Shown here: in pieces, positions 36,561 to 48,760 of the stretch
Position numbering within the stretch: the first letter of the stretch is position 1
How the letters are laid out: every line of letters starts with the position of its first letter
Assembly: GCF_902713615.1 (NCBI RefSeq)
Contig: NW_024055852.1
Coordinates: 1-64,000 of the forward strand
DNA: 64,000 nucleotides
Origin: Scyliorhinus canicula
Taxonomy: Eukaryota
Reading direction: 5' to 3'
Position numbers and translations under genes: made by a program
The notes under the pieces: model-generated
Databases searched by the model: none
What the model was told of the DNA's origin: nothing
The model's input: only the letters and a program-made list of their open reading frames with translations

Positions 36561-37190
36561 CTTAACATGTGCAAACATAAGATTAGGGAGGTTATGCTGC
36601 AATTGTATAAGGTGTTAGTGAGGCCACACCTGGAGTATTGTGTTCAGTTTTGGTCTCCTTACTTGAGAAAGGACATACTGGCACTGGAGGGTGTGCCGAG
36701 GAGATTCACTAGGTTAATCCCAGATCTGAACGGGTTGGATTACGAGGAGAGGTTGAGTAGACTGGGACTGTACTCGTTGGAATTTAGAAGGATGAGGGGG
36801 CATTTTATAGAAACATATAAAATTATGAAGGGAATAGATAGGATAGATGAGGGCAGGTTGTTTCCACTGGTGGGTGAAAGCAGAACTAGGGGGCATAGCC
36901 TCAAAATAAGGGGACGTAGATTTAAAACTGGGTTTAGGAGGAACTTCTTCACCCAAAGGGTTGTGAATCTATGGAATTCCTTGCCCAGTGAAGCAGTTGA
37001 GGCTCCTTCATTACATGTTTTTAAGGTAAAGATAGATAGTTTTTGAAGAATAAAGGAATTAAGGGTTCTGGTGTTCGGGCAGGAAAGTGGAGCTGAGTCC
37101 ACAAAAGATCAGCCATGATCTCATTGAATGGTGGAGCAGGCTCGAGGGGCCAGATGGCCTACTCCTGCTCCTAGTTCTTATGTTCTTATA
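36560..37190 (+). mobile_element. CR1 LINE 3' fragment
   Basis: LYKVLVRPHLEYCVQFWSP...FFTQRVVNLWNSLP plus CR1 tail. Confidence 0.9.
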
Positions 37191-37369
37191 TAACATACAC
37201 ACAAACACAAAAAGCACAAGTATAAACACACACACGTGCGCGCACACACACATACACAAATACACACACAAGCAAGCACACGAATATGCACGTACACCCT
37301 CATGAATACACAGATATACAAAGGTGAAAACATAAACATATAAAGCCAGACAAGCAGGATGTGCTGGAA

Positions 37370-39130
37370 ATTTTGAAAAGCATAGATAAGTCCCCTGGGC
37401 CAGACGGAACATATCCAAAGTTACTACGGGAAGCGAGGGAGAGATTGATGCGCCGTTGGCGATGATCTTTGCGTCCTCACTCTGCACTGGAGTAATACAG
37501 GATGATTGGACTGAGGCGAATGTTGTTCCCCTGTTCAAGAAAGGGAATAGGAAAATCCCTGGGAATTACACACAAGTCCGTCTTACATCTGTGGTGAGCA
37601 AAAAACTGGAATGGATTCTGAGAGATGGGATTTATGATTATTTAGAACATCATAGTTTGATTAAAGATCATCAAGATGGCATTGTGAGGGCAGGTCATGA
37701 AAATGAAAATCGCTTATTGTCACAAGTAGGCTTCAATGAAGTTACTGTGAAAAGCCCCTAGTCGCCACATTCCGGCGCCTGTCCGGGGAGGCTGGTACGG
37801 GAATCGAACCATGCTGCTGGCCTGCTTGGTCTGCTTTAAAAGCCAGCGATTTAGCCCAGTGAGCTAAACCCGCCCCTATTGACCCCATTGAGGTCATGCC
37901 TCACAAGCCTCATTCAATTCTTTGAGGTTGTGACGAGACACATTGATGAAGGTCGAGCAGTGGATGTGGTGTATATGGATTTCATTAAGGCATTTGATAA
38001 GGTTCCACATGATAGGCTCATTCAGAATGTCAGGAGGCATGGGATACAGGGAAATTTGGCTGTCTGGATACAGAATTGGCTGGCCAATAGAATACAGTGG
38101 GTGGTAGTGGATGGAAGGTATTCCACCTGGATGTCGGTGACCAGTCGTGTCCCGCATGGATCTGTTCTGGGACCTCTGCACATTGTGGTTCTTGTAAATG
38201 ACTTGGATGAGGAAGTGGAAGGGTCGGTCAGTAAGTCTGCCGATGACCTGAAGGTTGATGGAGTTGTTGATAGTGTTGAGGGCTGTTGCAGATTACAACA
38301 GGACATTGACAGGATGCAGAGCTGGGCTGAGAAGTGGCAGATGGAGTTCAACCTGGATAAATGTGAAGAGATTCATTTTGGAAGGTCGAATTTTAATACT
38401 GAATACAGGGTTAAAGGCAGGATTTTTGGAAGTGTGGAGGAACTTCCAAGTTGGGGTCCAAGTACATAGATCCCTCAAAGTTGCCACCCAGGTTAACAGA
38501 GTTGTTAAGAAGGCGTATGTTGTGTTGGCTTTAATTAACAGGGGGATTGAGTTTAAGATCCGCAAGGTTTTTCTGCAGCTTTATAAAACCACACTTGAAA
38601 TATTGTGTCCAGTTTTGATCGCCACATTATAGGAAGAATGTGGATGCTTTGGAGAGAGTGCAGAGGAGATTTACTAGAATGCAGCCTGGACTGGAGGGCA
38701 TGTCTGATGAAGAAAGGTTGAGGGAGCTAAGGCTTTTTTCACTGGAACAAAGAAGGAAGAGAGGTGACTTGATAGAGGTGTACAAGGTGATGACATGCAT
38801 GGATAGAATGGATCGCCAGAGACTTTTCCCGAAGGCGGAAATGGCTGTTGTGAGGGGACATAATTTTAAGGAGATTAGAGGGAGGTGGAGGGGAGATGCC
38901 ACAGGTAGTTTATTTACGCAGAGAGTGGTGGGTGCGTGGAATGCACTACCAGCGGAGGTGGTGGACTCAGAGTCATTTTGGAGATTTAAGCGACTCTTGG
39001 ACAGGCACTTGGACAGCAGTAAATTGAAGGGGTGTAGGTTCGGTTGATCTTAGGTTACGATAAATGGTCGGCACAACATTGTGGGTCAAAGGGCCTGTAC
39101 GGTGCTGCACTGTTCACTGTTCTATGTTCT
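37370..39130 (+). mobile_element. CR1 LINE RT-to-tail fragment, interrupted by SINE family B (37698-37876, minus)
   Basis: WTEANVVPLFKKG, VYMDFIKAFDKVPH, GSVLGP, SADD, LERVQRRFTRM, tail gttctatgttcta. Confidence 0.9.
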
Positions 39131-39164
39131 AAGCAGACTGAGAAGGACATGAAAGTCAAAGGTA

Positions 39165-39370
39165 GGGGTGCTCTGGCGCAGTGGTTAGCACTGTTGCCTT
39201 ACGGGGTCAAGGATCCGTGTTCGATCCCAGCCCCGGGTCACTGTCCGTGTGGAGTTTACACATTCTCCCCGCGTCTGTGTGGCACAGCCCAAATATGTGC
39301 AGGGCAGGTGGATTGGCCAGGCTAAATTGCCCGTTAATTGGAAAAAAATTAATGAGGTACTTTTGTATTA
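39165..39370 (+). mobile_element. SINE family A
   Basis: gcgcagtggttagcactg...gttcgatccc head. Confidence 0.75.
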
Positions 39371-39574
39371 AAGTAAAAGAAACACAAATGTAACCAATAA
39401 CATGCACTTTCGCACAAATTCACGATGACAGAAATGTAGCAATTAAGACAAACACAATCATCCCCATTAATACACTTATCGGCACACACAGACACATATT
39501 AGCAGACTCGTATACATGCTACCACAAATACACAGGGCCACGTCAATCGTTATAAACAACCATCAACGCATAAA

Positions 39575-39890
39575 GAGCAATGTTGCCACATAGCACCAGG
39601 GACCCGGGTCGAATTCCGTCCTTGGGTGATTGTCTGTGCGGAGTTTACACATTCTCCCCGTGTCAGCGTTGGTTTCCTCCGTGTTCTCCCGTTTCCCCCA
39701 CAGTCCAAAGATGTGAGGTTAGATGAATTGTACATGGTAAATTTCCCCTTAATGTTCAAAAGGTAAGGTTGGGTTCTGAGGTTATGTGTATAGGGCGGGG
39801 GTATACGCCAATGTATGGTGCTCTTTCGGAGGGTCAGTGCAGACACGATGGGCCGAATGGCCTCCTTCTGCAGTGCAGGGATTCCATGAT
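39575..39890 (+). mobile_element. SINE family A, diverged, inside a CA-rich tract (39440-40330)
   Basis: gtcgaattccg..gggtgattgtctgtgcggagttt...gggccgaatggcctccttctgcagtg. Confidence 0.7.
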
Positions 39891-40845
39891 GATGATTGCA
39901 TGATGAGATATACGGTTAACAAACACACACGCACAGCCGCACACACACACATGCAGACACATTTATGCAGATACAAACATGAAGAAACTGACATGCATGT
40001 GGAACACAAAAAGACACATTAACACACATATTAGTAGGCAGGGAAGCATGGACATGTTAACACAGATATTAGAATATAAACATAAACTTCAACACATAAA
40101 CACACAACAACAATACACTCATATGTACGCATTGACAGAAGATGAACAAAATGTACACACAGATGCTGGCACACAAATACACAGATCAATACTCATTGAC
40201 ACATGAACACACAGTGAACTAACACAGTTGTCTGGACACACAACAGAAGATTAAAGCAGTACAGAAGATCCGCATCCACACAGACACAAATACTAAAGAA
40301 AGAACACAAGCGTGAGGCAAAGTAAAATTCAAGCCTACGATTAACTGGACATTCCCTACAAGTGTCCCTATTACATAAAGATCCGACAAACACAATGTAA
40401 CAATGTTCTTACTGAGGAACGGTTGAAGTCAATGGCGTGCCAAGTGTTTCCTTCAGAAGTAAACAAACAAGATGGGAACTCACATCCGAGATCTTAAAAA
40501 GCAACATTCACAGTTTACAAATAAGGATCTCAGTGAACCTCCCTCAATATCCATCATAATATTCTCCAATCACAGATCATGTGAAATTATTCAGCTGATC
40601 AGCTGATTCTGAAGAAAAGTTGTCATCCTTTCGGATGGGGATTGTATGAGGAATGTAAAGGAAGAACAGCTGTTGGTATAGGTACAGAGATCGGTTGCTG
40701 ATAGTCAGGAACTCAATGGTCGCGATGCAATGACAAATATATCAGAGAATGAATTATCAACTCAAGGAATTGAAATGAGAATATTAACAATATATCCTGG
40801 ATTAATAAGCAATCTGATTATATTTATTCGGCTCTATCCCCATAG

Positions 40846-40973
40846 ATACCACAGACCACACCTGGACTGAAGACGATGAGGATGATAACGGGAACATCTG
40901 GACAACCGCTTCCACATTCATCACCCTGTTCTTCCTGAGCATTTCCTACAGCGCTGCAGTCACTCTGGTGAAG
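40846..40973 (+). CDS. IGHM: IgM TM1 exon (DTTDHTWTEDDEDDNGNIWTTASTFITLFFLSISYSAAVTLVK)
   Basis: Acceptor cccatag ends 40845; conserved antigen-receptor TM motif TF..LF.LS..YS..VT; donor gtgaga at 40974, phase 0. Confidence 0.93.
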
Positions 40974-41113
40974 GTGAGAAGATTCAATCCACTCACACAT
41001 CAAACTGACAGAAGCCGTTTAAAACATCTCTAAATGTTTTATTGATTAAAACCGCCAACATTAATGTCCCAAATCATAAACATCTGCTTCATTATTTTCT
41101 CTCTCTTTTACAG

Positions 41114-41122
41114 ATCGAGTGA
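41114..41122 (+). CDS. IGHM: IgM TM2 exon (I-E-stop)
   Basis: Polypyrimidine tract and cag ending 41113, then atc gag tga; 140-bp intron. Confidence 0.75.
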   Translation: ME

Positions 41123-41528
41123 TCGGTTGACTTTCGGATGCTGTAGATTTTCCTCAGCTGTTTATTATGATCTCTGTGTGACACAAATACAATATCTCCT
41201 CTTCTTGTCTCTAACAGTAAAATTCTCTCAGTTTTTTATTCTGTATCTATAACTGAGAGAATCGTGGACTGTATTTCTGTTTTCAGTTTAAAATGTACGA
41301 GATAATTATGGCTGTAATATAACTGTCGCTAATAATTCCCCGAAATCTCATGTCTAAATAAGTAACTTATCTCGTTCCTTATATAACTGTTGCCTTCCCT
41401 TTATGTTGAGCTCCTGTTTTCTCTTTCTTGTGACTGTCACAGTTGTACATACATTTGGCAGCTCAGAGGGCATGTCTTCTGTTTTCAGTGTGACCCTCAA
41501 TCGTTATGTTCCCTTTTGTTAATATCAA

Positions 41529-41534
41529 AATAAA
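41529..41534 (+). terminator. Poly(A) signal for membrane mu mRNA
   Basis: AATAAA about 400 nt after the TM2 stop. Confidence 0.6.
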
Positions 41535-42464
41535 AATTTCTCTAATATTTTTTCTGAACTTTTAATACGTAATGAATGGAAAATTGAGAAAATAAGGCTT
41601 TTCTGTGCTCCTTTATTCAGGTCCATCTGCTCCACTCCTTTCCCACTATTATACAGTTTTCTCCCCTTTATCAGAGAAAAATCTCACTAGTCTTGTCTGG
41701 AATGTTTCTGAACTCAAGGCCGTTCTGTGCACGAGCCACTGCGCCATCAAACAGCCGGTCCGGGCAAAGATACAGTCAGCTCTGAATTCTAACAAATATG
41801 TCACACATAATTTCGCCTTCATGAAGCCATGCTGACTCTGCTTGGCTATAGTGTGCTTTTCGAAATGCTCTACTATTCCATCCTTTTTAATGGATTCTCA
41901 GCGTTTTCATAGTGACAAATGTTAAGCTAATTGGCCTATAGTTACTTGCTCTTTATCGCCCTCCGTTATGAAGTAAAGGTGTTACATTGGCAGTTTTGCA
42001 ATCCTCCAAGACTTTGCCTGATTTTGACCAGGTCATCGACTACGTCTGTAAGTACCTCCTTCAACAATCTGAGATGCAACACAAGGTCTAATCAGCCTTT
42101 TGTCCTATTGGTATCAAGAGGACGTTTTCTCTAGTGTTAGTTATTGTATTTGATCCCTCTCCCTTTTGCCTTTGATTATTTCGTATTTTAATAATAATTT
42201 AATAATAACCTTTATTAGTGTCACTACTGGGTGTGCATTAACACTTCAATGAAGTTAATCTGAAAATCCCCTAGTCATCATACTCCAGCACCTGTTCCAG
42301 TACATGGAGGGAGAATTCACAATGTCCAATTCACTGAACAAGCACTTTCGAATGCTATTTCTGTCTTCTACTGTGAAGACTGACACACAGTTTTTATTTA
42401 ACTCCTCTGCCATTTCCGAGCTCACCATTATTATTTCCGCAGTCTCATTCTCTCTGAGGCCTAT

Positions 42465-44350
42465 GTTCATAGAACATAGAACATTACAGCGCAGTATAGG
42501 CCCTTCGGCCCTCGATGTTGCGCCATCCTGTGAAACCCCTCTAAAGCCCATCTACACTATTCCCTTATCGTCCATATGCCTATCCAATGACCATTTGAAT
42601 GCCCTCAGTGTTGGCGAGTCCACTACTGTTGCAGGCAGGGCATTCCACGCCCTTACTACTCTCTGAGTAAAGAACCTACCTCTGACATCTGTCCTATATC
42701 TATCTCCCCTCAATTTAAAGCTATGTACCCTCGTGCTGGACATCACCATTCGAGGAAAAGGCTCTCAATGTCCACCCTATCTAATCCTCTGATCATCTTG
42801 TATGCCTCAATTAAGTCACCTCTTAACCTTCTTCTCTCTAATGAAAACGGCCTCAAGTCCTTCAGCCTTTCCTCATATGATCTTCCCTCCATACCAGGCA
42901 ACATCCTTGTAAATCTCCTCTGTACCCTTTCCAATGCTTCCACATCCTTCCTATAATGTGGCGACCAGAACTGCACGCAATACTCCAAATGCGGCACTAG
43001 AGTTTTGTACAACTGCAACATGACCGCATGGCTCCGAAACTCAATTCCTCTACCAATAAAAGCACTTTGATCTCTCTCTTCATTTCTATGAATTTAAGGA
43101 AACTCTTGCTGGCTATTTTTATATTAATTTCCAGGTGACCATCATAGTTCATCTTCTCCCTCTTTTTCGCTCATCTTTTGTGTTTTTAAAAAAACTTTCC
43201 CAATCCTCTGGCTTACCACTAAACTTTGCCACATTATATGTTTTGTCTTTGTGTTTAATGGTTTCCTTAACTTCCTTAGTTAACCATGGTTGATTTATCC
43301 CTTTCCAAGGATCCTTCTTCCTCACTGGGATATATTTTTGTTGCGAGTCGTGAACTATTTTCAGAAATGTCTGCCGTTGCTGATCAACCGTCTTTCCTGC
43401 TAATCTTCTCCGCCAGTCCACCTCCTGCCAACTCTGCCTCTCCTTCTTCTGAATTCCTGTTGGTGCAACCTGTCTAAGCTTTTCTGATCAGATAACCCCC
43501 TCATCCAGGAATCAGTCAAGGAACCTTCTCTGAACGGCTTCTAATGCAATGATGTCCTTTCTTAAAAAAGGAGCCCCAAACTGTACACCGTGCTCTGGAT
43601 GTGGTCTCAACAAGACCCTGTACACCTGCAGTAAAACATCTCTACTTTCCCCTTGCAATAAAGAACAACATTCCCTTTACCTTCCTAATCACTTACTGTA
43701 TCTGCAGACTAACTGTTCCTGATTCATGTGCCATATCAGCCAGATCCCTCTGTGCCTCAGACATCTGCAATCTCTCTCCATTTAAATAATTGGCTGCTTT
43801 TCGATTCTTCCTGCCAAAGTAGACAAGTTCACATTTCCCCACATTATGTTCCATCTGCCAAATTGGGCCCACTCACATAACCTGTCTGAACCCTTTGTAG
43901 GCTTATTCTGGTCATTCGCAAATTACTTTCCTGTATATCTTTGTGTCATCAACAAATTTAACAACTATACTTTGGTCCTGTCATGCAAGTAATGAAAATA
44001 GTGTATAAATCGTTGAAGTCCCTGCACTGATCTATGTGATACTCCACAGGTAACATCTTGCCAACCCAAAAATGACTTGTTTATCCCTCCTCTCTCTTTC
44101 CTGTTAGCAACCAATCCCCGATTCATGCTAATATGTTGCCCGATACACAGAGCTGTTACTTTGTATATAAACTTTTATGTGGAACCTTGTCAAATACCTT
44201 CTGAAAATCTACACATCACATTCACAGGTCCCCGTTTATCCACATTGCTTATTACTTCCTCAAGAGCTCCAATAAATTGGTCAAACATGATTTCCCTTGC
44301 ACAAAGCAATGCCACTCAGCCGGATTGCAATGAGATTTTCTAAGTGCCCA
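42465..44350 (-). mobile_element. Composite CR1 LINE fragments (young 3' end 42465-43060 plus older pieces)
   Basis: LYKTLVPHLEYCVQFWSP, FFTQRVVRAWNALP, (tagaaca)n tail, PWLTKEVKE. Confidence 0.85.
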
Positions 44351-44364
44351 CTCCAGCCTCCTTA

Positions 44365-44960
44365 TTAACAGAATGCCAATGGCTCAGTCTGCAGGGGATA
44401 AACAGCAACAATGGCAGCAGAATCCAACACCTGCAGTGAGTTGTGAATTCGCTGATGTCTCAGCAGATTGGATACCAGAGCAAATCTCTTCCCACACATG
44501 GAGCAGGTGAATGACCTCTCCCCAGTGTGAACTTGTTGGTGTCTCAGAAGATCCTTTGTGCTCTTAAAGCTCTTCTCACAGTCAGAACATTTAAAAGTGG
44601 GAACAAGGTGATGCACAGTAAGCTAGGATGAGTGAATCCCTTCCCACACATGGAGCAAGTGAAGGGTCTCTCCCCAGTGTGAATTCCCTCATGTATCAGA
44701 AAGTGGGGTGAACCAGTAAATCCCTTCCCACACACAGAGCTGATGAACGGCCTCTCTCCAGTGTGAACTTACTGGTGTCTCAGGCGGTGAGATGAATCTC
44801 TTCCCACACACAGAGCAGGTGAATGGCCTCTCCCCTGTGCGAACTCGCTGGTGTGTCATCAGATCCTGTTTTCTTTTAAAGCTCTTCTCACAGTCAGAAC
44901 ATTGAAATGGTCTCTGATCAGAGTGAACTCACTGGTGTGTCTGTAGCTGCAATATGACCG
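44365..44960 (-). pseudogene. C2H2 zinc-finger pseudogene (about 5-6 fingers, frameshifted)
   Basis: [38 protein letters not shown] and further HTGERPF units in shifting frames. Confidence 0.85.
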
Positions 44961-45134
44961 CCTGAATCTTGAGATATCATCGCTACTGCTCAAACTCACG
45001 TGGGAGACCGGGGCTCAGCCTCCCCCCCCCCCCCCCCCTCCCATTCACTCCGATTAGTTGGAGGATCAGCCGCTCGCGCTCGGCCCTGCAGTCCAGCCCC
45101 TCTCAACCTAATCGTCCAGAGCTGCCATCAATCA

Positions 45135-45400
45135 CCACATTGGTTAGCATTCTTGCTTCACAGCGTCAGGGTCCCAGGTTCGATTCCCCGCATGGCTCAC
45201 TGTCTGTGCAGAGTCTGCATAGTCCCCCCGTGACTGTCTGGGTTTCCTCCGGGTGCTCCACATGTTGTGAAAGACGTGCTTCTCCCTCAGTCCTACCCGA
45301 ACAGGCACCGGAATGTGGCGAATGGGGGCTTTTCACAGTAAATTCATTGCAGTGTTAATGTAAGCCCATTTGTGAGAATAATAAAGCTTACTATTATTAT
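45135..45400 (+). mobile_element. SINE (tta-tail subtype)
   Basis: tggttagcatt..gttcgattcc head; tail gtaagcccatttgtgagaataataaagcttactattatt. Confidence 0.75.
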
Positions 45401-45594
45401 AAAACAAATTGAGACACATAAGGAGATATTAGGACAGGTGACCAAAAACTTAGTCAAAGAGGTGAGTTTTGAAGAGAATCTTAAAGGAGGTAAGTGAGGT
45501 GGAGACGGGGAGGTTTACGGAGGGAATTCAGTGCTTGGGGCCGAGGGAACTTAAAACCAGGCGGAGTAATAAGAATCGGGGGTGTACAAGAGTC

Positions 45595-46670
45595 CAGGCT
45601 CAGATAAGGAAGTTGGGAGACCTGTTCATTGACGGGAGGTTTGCGAGCCTGGGTGAGCTGGAGGAGAAGTTTGAGCTCCCCCCGGGGAATATGTTCAGGT
45701 ACCTTCAGGTCAAGGTGTTTGCTAGGCGGCAGGTGGAGGGGTTCCCTTTGCTGCCCCCGCGGGGGGGTAAGGGATAGGGTGCTTTCGGGGGTGTGGGTCG
45801 GGGATGGGAAGGTGTCTGACATCTACCAGGTTATGCAGGAGGTGGAGGAGGCGTCGGTAGAGGAGCTGAAGGCTAAGTGGGAAGTGGAGCTGGGGGAGCA
45901 GATTGAGGAGGGGACATGGGCGAACGCCCTGGAGAGGGTGAACTCCTCCTCTTCATGTGCGAGGCTTAGCCTCATCCAGTTCAAGGTACTGCACAGGGCT
46001 CATATGTCCGGGATGAGGATGAGCAGGTATTTGGGGGTGAGGACAGGTGCATTAGGTGTTTGGGGAGCCCAGCGAACCATGCCCATATGTTTTGGGCATG
46101 CCTGGCACTGGGGGAATTCTGCCAGGGGGTGGCGAGGACGGTGTCGAGTGTGGTAGGGTCCAGGGTCAAGCCAGACTGGGGACCCGCGATATTTGGGGTT
46201 GGGGTGGAGCCGAGAGTGCAGGAGGTGAAAGAGTCCGGTGTTTTGGCCTTTGCGTCCCTAGTAGCCCGGCGGAGGATCTTGTTGCAATGGAAAGATGCAA
46301 GACCCCGAAGCGTGGAGACCTGGATCAATGACCTGGCGGGATTCATTAAGCTGGAGAAGGTCAAATTCGCCCTGAGGGGGTCGGTACAAGGGTTCTTTAG
46401 GTGGTGGCAGCCTTTCCTCGACTTTCTGGCTCAACGATAGGGAACTAGGTCAGCAGCAGCGGGAACCGCCGGGGGGGGGGGGGGTATTGTTTATGTTAAT
46501 TTAATTTTAAAAACATTTATTTTGTTGTTCATCGGGTTTGGGGGGCGTGGGGGGGGGGGGGGCTCGTTATATGCGTTGTTACGGGTCCGGGGGGTGTTTA
46601 TTATTGTATTATCATTGTTTTGTTGTTATACATTTTTCAAAAATTTCAATAAAAATTATTTATTAAAAAA
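45595..46670 (+). mobile_element. LINE-1-clade 3' fragment with poly-A
   Basis: FRYLQV, LIQFKVLHRAHM, ANHAHMFWAC, RRRILLQWKD, LEKVKF; aataaa and A-rich end near 46650-46668. Confidence 0.85.
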
Positions 46671-47721
46671 TAGAGTCCAGGATCAGAGCTGTGCAGATAT
46701 CTCAGGGGGTTGTGGGGCTGGAGGAGATGACAGACACAGGGAGAGATGAGGCCATAGAGGGATTTGGAAACAAGGGTGAGAATCCCAAAACATTGAAAAG
46801 TAGTGATATCCGCTGAGTTCCCACACCAATGTTACTGAATGAATATTCATTTAAAATATAAGATCAAAATGATCGACATGGAACCAAATCCAATGCATTA
46901 GAAAGCTATGAAGTTATTGGATTCCAATAAACTCATCAATGATTGGCTCATTCCCAGCTCCACGGTGAGTAGGACCCAGATGAGCAGAAACAGAATAGAA
47001 ATTGGACACATTGCAGCGAGATAGTTCACACAGTTGTGAAATGTTGAATGGCTCCTAATCTGGTCTGAAATTCTGTGATTCTGATGTTAGATCAGTGTCT
47101 CTGCCATGTGACTGTTTTTCAGCTGAACTGTACTCACAAAGAAAGATGTGAAGGACAATGAAACTGTAAGGTTTGACACTGTGGGCCGTTCAGCTCTGGA
47201 CACGGCATTGTTTCTGTAGGGAGCTTGCATCACGTTTCACTCCCGATACAAAAGGCACCCCAGTTCCAAACAGTTAGCAGTACTGGGAAATATTTCCCCC
47301 ATTGACAACCTGGAGCTGTGTGATGATGAATGCTGGTGGTGGGGGGGGTGGGGGGGGGGGGGGGGGGGGCACAAAGATGTTTTCATCCCTGGATGGACTG
47401 GAGCCAAGAACAAAGGTCATGGAGGTGAAAATGAGCTTTGATTTCCTGTGCACAGAGGTGTGCAGAGTTCGAAAGAATCTCAACAGATACTCGAGGAACA
47501 GCAGCACATCTTTCCACTGGGCTCAATACAGCTTTCACACTCATTGTGTGTTCAGTAGTTTCACACTGTAAATGCTGCACCCATTTTGTGTGTCCTTCCA
47601 TCACAGATTTGGGTTTCAATCTTGTTTCCACTTGTTCTTTGTGTCCGGGCGGCAGTTGTTGATCAATCTGCCATCGATAAATCCTCCAGACACATCTTTG
47701 GTTTCTTTGTTCCTTCCATTG

Positions 47722-48066
47722 GGCAGCATGGTAGCATTGTGGATAGCACAATCGCTTCACAGCTCCAGGGTCCCAGGTTCAATTCCAGCTTGGGTCACTG
47801 TCTGTGCGGAGTCTGCACATCCTCCCCATGTGTGCGTGGGTTTCCTCCGGGTGCTCTGGTTTCCTTCCACAGTCCAAAGATGAGCAGGTTAGGTGGATTG
47901 GCCATGATAAATTGCCCTTAGTGTCCAAAATTGCCCTTAGTGTTTGGTGGGGTTACTAGGTTATGGGGATAGGGTGGAGGTGTTAACCTTGGGTAGGGTG
48001 CTCTTTCCAGGAGCTGGTGCAGACTCGATGGGCCGCATGGCCTCCTTCTGCACTGTAAATTCTATG
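47722..48066 (+). mobile_element. SINE family A, full length
   Basis: gggcagcatggtagc head to gcactgtaaattctatg tail. Confidence 0.9.
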
Positions 48067-48403
48067 AAATTGTGCTAACAGAGCGCTGGCACAGATACGG
48101 CGGCCGGAATGGCCTCATACTGTGGTGTAATTATTCTCTGATTTGATGTTAACTTCACTCTGAGGCCGAGAACCGTAAAGTATTTTCTCATTTAATCTCT
48201 CCTGAGATTATCAGAGTGCTTTCCTGTTGTTCTGTTTCCTCCCTCCGGGATTTCACTTGCTTCTAATTTTCTACATTTCTAACATATCCCGCTTTCAGTG
48301 GAAGGTTATGGAGGTGAAAGATGAATTTTGTTTCCGTGTCCACAAATATTGCCTGACTGCCTGAGTTTACCCAGCATTTTCCGCAGACATCTGATTGGCT
48401 GTG

Positions 48404-48709
48404 TGTTGGAACCAATAATTCTATGGACACGTGCTTGTAGGATTAGAATAGCGGTTTTAATATACTTACAACATAGCCAGCCTGTTAGCCGTTGAAATTT
48501 TGGTGAACTGGCCGGCTGACCCTGTGGCACTGATCTTTATACAGCAGGTCCCGGGGGAGGAGTCCTGGGCGGAGCCAAGGGAGAAGCCCTGTACAACTCT
48601 CAAGCATTCCCAGAGCTACTCCCCCTGGAAGTCAGATAGTGCAACTGCACTTACGATATAGACACATGTATATACAGGTTATAATCCGGTGTGAATCACA
48701 TTCACCACA
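48404..48709 (-). repeat. Gypsy 3' LTR
   Basis: About 12 substitutions and no indels versus 52128-52433 (counted by eye). Confidence 0.95.
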
Positions 48710-48760
48710 TTCACCCCCTGTGAAAAAAATCGAGTCCAGCGGGGGTGGTGGCTCACAGAG

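Larger units (their letters stand above)
17392..41534 (+). other. IGHM: Complete shark IgM heavy-chain cluster: L-V(D)D / J - Cmu1-4(sec) - TM1 - TM2
   Basis: All exons found with GT-AG boundaries and compatible phases (listed separately); no internal stops. Confidence 0.95.

Noticed and set aside
17392-41122. Assignment to IgW, IgNAR or the three-C-domain IgM1gj type
   Set aside because: Leader, JH, four C exons, tailpiece and TM are all mu-type; Cmu2 is present and J is not joined.
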